From positions 1 through 63,675 of the forward strand of contig JAUCBJ010001403.1 of assembly GCA_032718475.1 (NCBI GenBank): 63,675 nt of DNA, in the 5' to 3' direction. Both the position numbers and the translations under genes were made by a program. Of the stretch, positions 24,735 through 36,500 are shown piece after piece (the stretch's first letter is position 1; each line of letters opens with the position of its first letter). The notes under the pieces were generated by a model. The model did no database searches. It saw only the letters and a program-made list of their open reading frames with translations, and was not told the DNA's origin. The DNA is from Nemertoderma westbladi. Its lineage: Eukaryota; Animalia; Xenacoelomorpha.

Positions 24735-25916
24735 TATAACAGAGATATGAGCTTACAATGAAAACAACATATATGGTAATTAGTCAAAATTTACTCTAAA
24801 TATCTACCATATAACCAAAATTATGCGTATTATTGGGGTTTTAAATTCAATGACAAATATTTTACTATATTTTAAAATTGTACGGGGCCCTTTTCATAAA
24901 AAAAGGCTCTTACGGTACAGATATGAATAAAATATCTAAAATAGCGGGAAGATTTAAATGGTTTCTTAAACTTTAAACACCCAATATCTCAGAATGACGT
25001 TTTTTCATGAATAATGCTATTTCTCCGCCAATTTTAATTGAAATGAGTTGAAATTTGGTACACTTGTTAAGAATACATTTCTCCATACTTCTTCTGAACA
25101 AATTTGGTTGGAAATGACCTGGCGCCTTTTTATATCAAAAAGGCCCAAAAAGCCGTTTATGGGGCCTTTTTGTTATAAAAAGGCTCCAGAGCATTTGAGG
25201 CAAAATTTGTTCAGAAGAATTTGATACAGGGTTCTTCTGAACTTATATTCCAAATTTCGACAAATTTCAACAAATATTGGTGGCGAAATAGCCCTTCGGC
25301 GCAAAAAGGCACTTTTGGCCATTACGAAGCCATTTTGGGGCCAATTTTAAAAATATTTGGCTTGGTTGTTTAGAAGTACAAAAAATAATTTTTACCCAAT
25401 ATTAGGGTCCCGAGACACAAAAATGTGAGGTTTAAATTTTGGGGTGCTACCCCCCGCCCCCCCTTAAGGGGAGTCATAAATATAATAAAATTGTTTCATA
25501 AATTGGCTCAGATAAATTTGGATTGTTGGGAACGAAAAGTTTCTTCAAAGTAAAAAATAACTCAAAGCGAGCTGAGATTATCATCATAGCCAAAACTCAA
25601 TCAAATAATATTTACACAATAAAACTAAGAACTTCACAGCCATTTCAATGCATCTGTAAAATTGTATGTTGGTTTATCACTTTTAAATTATATTAAATTT
25701 TAACATAACAACAACTTTATACCTCACAGAAACCAAAGTTCACTAATTATAGAATATTCTTCAACATTTACTTTGGAGATCCATTGAACTATAAATTGAT
25801 ATTGTTTTGGTTTCCTATCTCCCGGGTTACATATAATAAATTACATTGTTATGAACTGACTGGAAGTTATGAACTAAAAATCTTTGCCGAGGGAATGTAA
25901 ATAAAAATCATCAACA

Positions 25917-25971
25917 TCAGAATTGCAGGATTATTTCATAAAAAAATCAAAGTATCTTGATTTATCATCAC
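25917..25971 (-). ncRNA. SNORD96: SNORD96-like snoRNA, copy 6
   Basis: Same boxes, guide and stem; one extra internal base. Confidence 0.85.
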
Positions 25972-26155
25972 CAGTTGATGATTCTAATTAACTACTAATT
26001 ACACGAAATGGGGCCTTCGCGCAGCACTGCATAATTTTATGATATTTTATGTCCGGTGTAACCAATGGGAATGCACCATTAACATAATAAATAATATTGT
26101 AGTTGATTAACTGTTTAAAACACAATGGGATTAATGGACAACAAAATTCCGTTAC

Positions 26156-26222
26156 TCAGATATTAAAACATAGACATTAAAATAATCATTTAGGTCATTC
26201 GACGAGACACAAATATCATCAT
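26156..26222 (-). ncRNA. C/D snoRNA family B, copy 6
   Basis: Same boxes and stem. Confidence 0.72.
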
Positions 26223-26741
26223 TATAACAGAGATATGAGCTTACAATGAAAACAACATATTGTAATTAGTCAAAATTTACTCTAAATATCTACCATATAA
26301 CCAAAATTATGCGTATTATTGGGGTTTTAAATTCAATGACAAATATTTTGAGTCCGTACCGGGACTGCCAATAAAGAATACCTTGCAGAGCAGTCGCCAA
26401 GGAAACTGACTATTATATAGACACCTAACTGACTCTACAACACATAAGGGGGGAAGGGGCGGGGGGGGGGGTAAATTTTTCTTATTCTATCGTGTGTCGA
26501 ATTTAATGGAGAATTCAAATCTGCAAGAAGATTTCTCATATCTTTTCTCAAACTCAAGTTATTACCCAAAACATAAGAGCTAGTCTGACTTATGAAAAGC
26601 CTTCGCGCAGCACTGCATAATTTTATGATATTTTATGTCCGGTGTAACCAATGGGAATGAACCATTAACATAATAAATAATATTGTAGTTGAATAACTGT
26701 TTAAAACACAATGGGATTAGTGGACAACAAAATTCCGTTAC

Positions 26742-26808
26742 TCAGATATTAAAACATAGACATTAAAATAATCATTTAGGTCATTCGACGAGACACAAAT
26801 ATCATCAT
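26742..26808 (-). ncRNA. C/D snoRNA family B, copy 7 (in rearranged sub-duplication)
   Basis: Same boxes and stem. Confidence 0.72.
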
Positions 26809-27213
26809 TATAACAGAGATATGAGCTTACAATGAAAACAACATATTGTAATTAGTCAAAATTTACTCTAAATATCTATCTACCATATAACCAAAATTAT
26901 GCGTATTATTGGGGTTTTAAATTCAATGACAAATATTTTACTATATTTTAAAATTGTACGGGGCCCTTTTCTTAAAAAAGGCTCTCACGGTACAGATATG
27001 AATAAAATATCTAAAATAGCGGGAAGATTTAAATTGTTTCTTAAACTTTAAACTCCCAATATCTCAGAATGACGTTTTTTCATGAAAAAGGCTATTTCTC
27101 CGCCAATTTTAATTGAAATGAGTTGAAATTTGGTACACTTGTTAAGAATACATTTCTCCATACTTCTTCTGAACAAATTTGGTTGGAAATGACCTGGCCA
27201 TAAAGCAGCAACA

Positions 27214-27266
27214 TCAGAATTGCAGGATTATTTCATTAAAGTCAAAGTATCTTGATTTATCATCAC
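27214..27266 (-). ncRNA. SNORD96: SNORD96-like snoRNA, copy 7 (outside the tandem repeat)
   Basis: Core nearly identical, but flanks differ and form a different stem AGCAAC/GTTGCT. Confidence 0.88.
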
Positions 27267-27929
27267 AGGTTGCTTGTAAGCGGATTTTTACCTGCTAAAT
27301 CGCGTTCGTCCTTTACTCAATTCGCAATTCGTAATACATAAATAAGAATGATATAATATCATGAATAATGATAATCTCATATTTAAGAGATAGCAACATG
27401 TGATCGACTAGTACAGTAACAAAAGTAATCCTCCAATAGAAACGTCCCAATCAATCCCTAATTAATGTGTGACGTCACCCAAGCATCACCCAACGAAACT
27501 AATTATACCTACTTATATTGCACGTGTGAGGCGTGTGGTAATTAATACTCGTTAGTCACCCATTGCTAGCCTATGGATGGCTGCCCCATTATTGCTAGCC
27601 TATGGATGGATGGCTGCATGACTGGTTTGTATAACACTTATTGCTGCTATTAATAGCCATTGACATTATGGACTGTTTGAGTCCAAAACGATAATTCACG
27701 GATTTTATGACTGGGCGTTCAGCTTATTCTATTTTGTAAGGGCCCTTCCTGGATTTAATTCATTATTCAGTATGACATGCTGCAAACGTTTCCGACACTA
27801 GCAATTACAAGATAAGAGTTGGACCAGCCTGTGTACAATTTAATTATTCGGTCAGTCGTTTTATAGTAAACTTACACTTAGAAATCGTCGTAATTCTAAA
27901 GATTACTATAGACAAAATAATTCAGTTAT

Positions 27930-27996
27930 TCAGATATTAAAACATAGACATTAAAATAATCATTTAGGTCATTCGACGAGACACAAATATCATCAT
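27930..27996 (-). ncRNA. C/D snoRNA family B, copy 8 (outside the tandem repeat)
   Basis: Identical core in unrelated flanks, with an alternative stem TTCTGTTATT/AATAACTGAA. Confidence 0.78.
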
Positions 27997-28125
27997 AATA
28001 ACAGAATGTAATTAATTAGCCTTGCTGATATGGAATGAACACCAAAACTATTATAATTATCTTAACCTTAACTACCGAATATGTAACTAATAATGATATA
28101 ATAGTGATATTGTCATTGAACTGAA

Positions 28126-29850
28126 CAGCTTACACTACGACTACACACCGTAACCGCCAGCTTACCCTACGACTACACACCGTAACCGCCAGCTTACACT
28201 ACGACTACACACCGTAACCGCCAGCTTACCCTACGACTACACACCGTAACCGCCAGCTTACCCTACGACTACACACCGTAACCGCCAGCTTACACTACGA
28301 CTACACACCGTAACCGCCAGCTTACCCTACGACTACACACCGTAACCGCCAGCTTACACTACGACTACACACCGTAACCGCCAGCTTACACTACGACTAC
28401 ACACCGTAACCGCCAGCTTACCCTACGACTACACACCGTAACCGCCAGCTTACACTACGACTACACACCGTAACCACCAGCTTACCCTACGACTACACAC
28501 CGTAACCGCCAGCTTACACTACGACTACACACCGTAACCGCCAGCTTACACTACGACTACACACCGTAACCACCAGCTTACCCTACGACTACACACCGTA
28601 ACCGCCAGCTTACACTACGACTACACACCGTAACCGCCAGCTTACACTACGACTACACACCGTAACCACCAGCTTACCCTACGACTACACACCGTAACCG
28701 CCAGCTTACACTACGACTACACACCGTAACCGCCAGCTTACACTACGACTACACACCGTAACCACCAGCTTACCCTACGAATACACACCGTAACCGCCAG
28801 CTTACACTACGACTACACACCGTAACCGCCAGCTTACCCTACGACTACACACCGTAACCGCCAGCTTACACTACGACTACACAACGTAACCGCCAGCTTA
28901 CACTACGACTACACACCGTAACCGCCAGCTTACACTACGACTACACACCGTAACCGCCAGCTTACACTACGACTACACACCGTAACCACCAGCTTACCCT
29001 ACGACTACACACCGTAACCGCCAGCTTACACTACGACTACACACCGTAACCGCCAGCTTACACTACGACTACACACCGTAACCACCAGCTTACCCTACGA
29101 CTACACACCGTAACCACCAGCTTACCCTACGACTACACACCGTAACCGCCAACTTACACTACGACTACACACCGTAACCGCCAGCTTACACTACGACTAC
29201 ACACCGTAACCACCAGCTTACCCTACGAATACACACCGTAACCGCCAGCTTACACTACGACTACACACCGTAACCGCCAGCTTACACTACGACTACACAC
29301 CGTAACCGCCAGCTTACCCTACGACTACACACCGTAACCGCCAGCTTACACTACGACTACACACCGTAACCGCCAGCTTACACTACGACTACACACCGTA
29401 ACCGCCAGCTTACACTACGACTACACACCGTAACCGCCAGCTTACACTACGACTACACACCGTAACCGCCAGCTTACACTACGACTACACACCGTAACCG
29501 CCAGCTTACACTACGACTACACACCGTAACCGCCAGCTTACACTACGACTACACACCGTAACCGCCAGCTTACACTACGACTACACACCGTAACCGCCAG
29601 CTTACACTACGACTACACACCGTAACCGCCAGCTTACACTACGACTACACACCGTAACCGCCAGCTTACACTACGACTACACACCGTAACCGCCAGCTTA
29701 CACTACGACTACACACCGTAACCGCCAGCTTACCCTACGACTACACACCGTAACCGCCAGCTTACACTACGACTACACACCGTAACCGCCAGCTTACACT
29801 ACGACTACACACCGTAACCGCCAGCTTACACTGCGACTACACACCGTAAC
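28126..29850. repeat. 32-bp minisatellite, about 54 copies (CAGCTTAC[A/C]CTACGACTACACACCGTAACC[G/A]C)
   Basis: Period read directly (CTACACACCG at 28141 and 28173). Confidence 0.96.
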
Positions 29851-30142
29851 TGCACTAACAACACTGCGATAAATAGCAGAGACAATGCGAGAGAAATAAA
29901 GCGAATAGACAGACTAAGTAGTTTGTATCTATTAATATTCTACTTCACACAAACAACCCAACATAATTCCTCTACAAACCTATTAATAATAGCCACAATA
30001 ATTCAATTAGACCTGTATAGGACACCTTTACTATACAGGTACCCGCTCCACGTCTGGCACGTCTTGGCTATTCCAGAATTATCACACCACGCGCGCTATG
30101 GTGGGAGTTAGGTAATGATATTTTCGTGTACACATAACAACA

Positions 30143-30196
30143 TCAGAATTGCAGGATTATTTCATTTAAAGTCAAATTATATTTACTTATCATCAC
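30143..30196 (-). ncRNA. SNORD96: SNORD96-like snoRNA, copy 8 (diverged paralog)
   Basis: Boxes C, D' and D and the TCCTGCAATT guide intact, 5' half diverged; short CAACA/TGTTG stem. Confidence 0.85.
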
Positions 30197-30403
30197 CAGT
30201 GTTGCTGCTGCACATAACCAAGTATCAATAAATCACCTTCAGTCACAAATAATACCCGTGAGTTTGTTGTTAGTTAAACTCAAGACAAGATGGTCTTAAT
30301 AATTAATTAATTAATTAATATAATTAGCGGACCTGACCCGAGATAATTGCGAAGGATATCAACCAGATATGGTATTCTGTTTGTTTATAATAGTTAAACT
30401 TAC

Positions 30404-30512
30404 TGTATTCGATTTCCAATCCGTAACTGAACGGCGACATTTTCAACATGTTTAGTAGAGTCGCCTCACTGGCGCCGACTTTAGTGCCAACGTGGATTAG
30501 ATGGACGTCGTT
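30404..30512 (-). CDS. RPLP0: 60S acidic ribosomal protein P0, coding exon 4 (absent from ORF track)
   Basis: ctgtttccAG|[36 protein letters not shown]+A|GTAAGT; 109 nt, phase 0 in, phase 1 out. Confidence 0.95.
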
Positions 30513-30535
30513 CTGGAAACAGATAAGGAATATAT

Positions 30536-30569
30536 ATATTCGTACTGTAGCTAGTTAATCATACGTCAG
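30536..30569. repeat. 34-bp direct repeat, left copy, flanking the giant array
   Basis: ATATTCGTACTGTAGCTAGTTAATCATACGTCAG, identical to 60191-60224. Confidence 0.95.
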
Positions 30570-33500
30570 AGACTGGGACCAACAGTAATATGGACTAGAG
30601 ACTGGGACCAACCCAACAGTAATAGGGACTAGAGACTGGGACCAACAGTAATAGGGACTAGAGACTGGGACCAACAGTAATAGGGACTAGAGACTGGGAC
30701 CAACAGTAATAGGGACTAGAGACTGGGACCAACAGTAATAGGGACTAGAGACTGATGGACCAACAGTAATAGGGACTAGAGACTGGGACCAACAGTAATA
30801 GGGACTAGAGACTGGGACCAACAGTAATAGGGACTAGAGACTGGGACCAACAGTAATAGGGACTAGAGACTGGGACCAACAGTAATAGGGACTAGAGACT
30901 GGGACCAACAGTAATAGGGACTAGAGACTGATGGACCAACAGTAATAGGGACTAGAGACTGGGACCAACAGTAATAGGGACTAGAGACTGGGACCAACAG
31001 TAATAGGGACTAGAGACTGGGACCAACAGTAATAGGGACTAGAGACTGGGACCAACAGTAATAGGGACTAGAGACTGGGACCAACAGTAATAGGGACTAG
31101 AGACTGGGACCAACAGTAATAGGGACTAGAGACTGGGACCAACAGTAATAGGGACTAGAGACTGGGACCAACAGTAATAGGGACTAGAGACTGGGACCAA
31201 CAGTAATAGGGACTAGAGACTGGGACCAACAGTAATAGGGACTAGAGACTGGGACCAACAGTAATAGGGACTAGAGACTGGGACCAACAGTAATAGGGAC
31301 TAGAGACTGGGACCAACAGTAATAGGGACTAGAGACTGGGACCAACAGTAATAGGGACTAGAGACTGATGGACCAATAGTAATAGGGACTAGAGACTGGG
31401 ACCAACAGTAATAGGGACTAGAGACTGGGACCAACAGTAATAGTGCCAAGAGACTGGGACCAACAGTAATAGGGACTAGAGACTGATGGACCAACAGATA
31501 TAGGGACTAGAGACTGATGGACCAACAGTAATAGGGACTAGAGACTGATGGATGGACCAACAGTAATAGGGACTAGAGACTGATGGACCAACAGTAATAG
31601 GGACTAGAGAGTGATGGACCAACAGTAATAGGGACTAGAGACTGGGACCAACAGTAATAGGGACTAGAGAGTGATGGACCAACAGTAATAGGGACTAGAG
31701 ACTGGGACCAACAGTAATAGGGACTAGAGACTGGGACCAACAGTAATAGGGACTAGAGACTGGGACCAACAGTAATAGGGACTAGAGACTGGGACCAACA
31801 GTAATAGGGACTAGAGACTGATGGACCAACAGTAATAGGGACTAGAGACTGATGGACCAACAGATATAGGGACTAGAGACTGATGGACCAACAGTAATAG
31901 GGACTAGAGACTGATGGATGGACCAACAGTAATAGGGACTAGAGACTGATGGACCAACAGTAATAGGGACTAGAGACTGGGACCAACAGTAATAGGGACT
32001 AGAGACTGGGACCAACAGTAATAGGGACTAGAGACTGGGACCAACAGTAATAGGGACTAGAGACTGGGACCAACAGTAATAGGGACTAGAGACTGATGGA
32101 CCAACAGTAATAGGGACTAGAGACTGGGACCAACAGTAATAGGGACTAGAGAGTGATGGACCAACAGTAATAGGGACTAGAGACTGGGACCAACAGTAAT
32201 AGGGACTAGAGACTGGGACCAACAGTAATAGGGACTAGAGACTGGGACCAACAGTAATAGGGACTAGAGACTGGGACCAACAGTAATAGGGACTAGAGAC
32301 TGATGGACCAACAGTAATAGGGACTAGAGACTGGGACCAACAGTAATAGGGACTAGAGAGTGATGGACCAACAGTAATAGGGACTAGAGACTGGGACCAA
32401 CAGTAATAGGGACTAGAGACTGGGACCAACAGTAATAGGGACTAGAGACTGGGACCAACAGTAATAGGGACTAGAGACTGATGGACCAACAGTAATAGGG
32501 ACTAGAGACTGATGGACCAACAGATATAGGGACTAGAGACTGATGGACCAACAGTAATAGGGACTAGAGACTGGGACCAACAGTAATAGGGCCTAGAGAC
32601 TGATGGACCAACAGTAATAGGGACTAGAGACTGATGGATGGACCAACAGTAATAGGGACTAGAGACTGATGGACCAACAGTAATAGGGACTAGAGACTGG
32701 GACCAACAGTAATAGGGACTAGAGACTGGGACCAACAGTAATAGGGACTAGAGACTGGGACCAACAGTAATAGGGACTAGAGACTGGGACCAACAGTAAT
32801 AGGGACTAGAGACTGATGGACCAACAGTAATAGGGACTAGAGACTGGGACCAACAGTAATAGGGACTAGAGACTGGGACCAACAGTAATAGGGACTAGAG
32901 ACTGGGACCAACAGTAATAGGGACTAGAGACTGGGACCAACAGTAATAGGGACTAGAGACTGGGACCAACAGTAATAGGGACTAGAGACTGGGACCAACA
33001 GTAATAGGGACTAGAGACTGGGACCAACAGTAATAGGGACTAGAGACTGGGACCAACAGTAATAGGGACTAGAGACTGGGACCAACAGTAATAGGGACTA
33101 GAGACTGATGGACCAACAGTAATAGGGACTAGAGACTGGGACCAACAGTAATAGGGACTAGAGACTGGGACCAACAGTAATAGGGACTAGAGACTGGGAC
33201 CAACAGTAATAGGGACTAGAGACTGGGACCAACAGTAATAGGGACTAGAGACTGGGACCAACAGTAATAGGGACTAGAGACTGGGACCAACAGTAATAGG
33301 GACTAGAGACTGGGACCAACAGTAATAGGGACTAGAGACTGGGACCAACAGTAATAGGGACTAGAGACTGGGACCAACAGTAATATGGACTAGAGACTGA
33401 TGGACCAACAGTAATAGGGACTAGAGACTGATGGACCAACAGATATAGGGACTAGAGACTGATGGACCAACAGTAATAGGGACTAGAGACTGATGGATGG

Positions 33501-36500
33501 ACCAACAGTAATAGGGACTAGAGACTGATGGACCAACAGTAATAGGGACTAGAGACTGGGACCAACAGTAATAGGGACTAGAGACTGGGACCAACAGTAA
33601 TAGGGACTAGATACTGGGACCAACAGTAATAGGGACTAGAGACTGGGACCAACAGTAATAGGGACTAGAGACTGGGACCAACAGTAATAGGGACTAGAGA
33701 CTGGGACCAACAGTAATAGGGACTAGAGACTGGGACCAACAGTAATAGGGACTAGAGACTGATGGACCAACAGTAATAGGGACTAGAGACTGATGGACCA
33801 ACAGATATAGGGACTAGAGACTGATGGACCAACAGTAATAGGGACTAGAGACTGATGGATGGACCAACAGTAATAGGGACTAGAGACTGATGGACCAACA
33901 GTAATAGGGACTAGAGACTGGGACCAACAGTAATAGGGACTAGAGACTGGGACCAACAGTAATAGGGACTAGAGACTGGGACCAACAGTAATAGGGACTA
34001 GAGACTGGGACCAACAGTAATAGGGACTAGAGACTGATGGACCAACAGTAATAGGGACTAGAGACTGGGACCAACAGTAATAGGGACTAGAGAGTGATGG
34101 ACCAACAGTAATAGGGACTAGAGACTGGGACCAACAGTAATAGGGACTAGAGACTGGGACCAACAGTAATAGGGACTAGAGACTGGGACCAACAGTAATA
34201 GGGACTAGAGACTGGGACCAACAGTAATAGGGACTAGAGACTGATGGACCAACAGTAATAGGGACTAGAGACTGGGACCAACAGTAATAGGGACTAGAGA
34301 GTGATGGACCAACAGTAATAGGGACTAGAGACTGGGACCAACAGTAATAGGGACTAGAGACTGGGACCAACAGTAATAGGGACTAGAGACTGGGACCAAC
34401 AGTAATAGGGACTAGAGACTGATGGACCAACAGTAATAGGGACTAGAGACTGATGGACCAACAGATATAGGGACTAGAGACTGATGGACCAACAGTAATA
34501 GGGACTAGAGACTGGGACCAACAGTAATAGGGCCTAGAGACTGATGGACCAACAGTAATAGGGACTAGAGACTGATGGATGGACCAACAGTAATAGGGAC
34601 TAGAGACTGATGGACCAACAGTAATAGGGACTAGAGACTGGGACCAACAGTAATAGGGACTAGAGACTGGGACCAACAGTAATAGGGACTAGAGACTGGG
34701 ACCAACAGTAATAGGGACTAGAGACTGGGACCAACAGTAATAGGGACTAGAGACTGATGGACCAACAGTAATAGGGACTAGAGACTGGGACCAACAGTAA
34801 TAGGGACTAGAGACTGGGACCAACAGTAATAGGGACTAGAGACTGGGACCAACAGTAATAGGGACTAGAGACTGGGACCAACAGTAATAGGGACTAGAGA
34901 CTGGGACCAACAGTAATAGGGACTAGAGACTGGGACCAACAGTAATAGGGACTAGAGACTGGGACCAACAGTAATAGGGACTAGAGACTGGGACCAACAG
35001 TAATAGGGACTAGAGACTGGGACCAACAGTAATAGGGACTAGAGACTGATGGACCAACAGTAATAGGGACTAGAGACTGGGACCAACAGTAATAGGGACT
35101 AGAGACTGGGACCAACAGTAATAGGGACTAGAGACTGGGACCAACAGTAATAGGGACTAGAGACTGGGACCAACAGTAATAGGGACTAGAGACTGGGACC
35201 AACAGTAATAGGGACTAGAGACTGGGACCAACAGTAATAGGGACTAGAGACTGGGACCAACAGTAATAGGGACTAGAGACTGGGACCAACAGTAATAGGG
35301 ACTAGAGACTGGGACCAACAGTAATATGGACTAGAGACTGATGGACCAACAGTAATAGGGACTAGAGACTGATGGACCAACAGATATAGGGACTAGAGAC
35401 TGATGGACCAACAGTAATAGGGACTAGAGACTGATGGATGGACCAACAGTAATAGGGACTAGAGACTGATGGACCAACAGTAATAGGGACTAGAGACTGG
35501 GACCAACAGTAATAGGGACTAGAGACTGGGACCAACAGTAATAGGGACTAGATACTGGGACCAACAGTAATAGGGACTAGAGACTGGGACCAACCCAACA
35601 GTAATAGGGACTAGAGACTGGGACCAACAGTAATAGGGACTAGAGACTGGGACCAACAGTAATAGGGACTAGAGACTGGGACCAACAGTAATAGGGACTA
35701 GAGACTGGGACCAACAGTAATAGGGACTAGAGACTGATGGACCAACAGTAATAGGGACTAGAGACTGGGACCAACAGTAATAGGGACTAGAGACTGGGAC
35801 CAACAGTAATAGGGACTAGAGACTGATGGACCAACAGTAATAGGGACTAGAGACTGGGACCAACAGTAATAGGGACTAGAGACTGGGACCAACAGTAATA
35901 GGGACTAGAGACTGGGACCAACAGTAATAGGGACTAGAGACTGGGACCAACAGTAATAGGGACTAGAGACTGGGACCAACAGTAATAGGGACTAGAGACT
36001 GGGACCAACAGTAATAGGGACTAGAGACTGATGGACCAATAGTAATAGGGACTAGAGACTGGGACCAACAGTAATAGGGACTAGAGACTGGGACCAACAG
36101 TAATAGTGCCAAGAGACTGGGACCAACAGTAATAGGGACTAGAGACTGATGGACCAACAGATATAGGGACTAGAGACTGATGGACCAACAGTAATAGGGA
36201 CTAGAGACTGATGGATGGACCAACAGTAATAGGGACTAGAGACTGATGGACCAACAGTAATAGGGACTAGAGAGTGATGGACCAACAGTAATAGGGACTA
36301 GAGACTGGGACCAACAGTAATAGGGACTAGAGAGTGATGGACCAACAGTAATAGGGACTAGAGACTGGGACCAACAGTAATAGGGACTAGAGACTGGGAC
36401 CAACAGTAATAGGGACTAGAGACTGGGACCAACAGTAATAGGGACTAGAGACTGGGACCAACAGTAATAGGGACTAGAGACTGATGGACCAACAGTAATA

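Larger units (their letters stand above)
17224..27198. repeat. ~1.75-kb tandem repeat: 4 full units plus deleted/rearranged units, carrying two snoRNAs per unit
   Basis: Near-identical spurious ORFs at 18274, 20027, 21794, 23567 give periods 1753, 1767, 1773; further partial units start near 24267 and 25754. Confidence 0.95.

Noticed and set aside
30012-30040. 10-bp perfect hairpin ACCTGTATAG/CTATACAGGT
   Set aside because: Isolated, with no Helitron end or RNA-family context to interpret it.
31441-31449. Repeat variant TAGTGCCAA matching exon 4 (30482-30490), suggesting an exon-derived unit
   Set aside because: A 9-nt match in a rare variant is compatible with chance; the main unit does not align to the exon.
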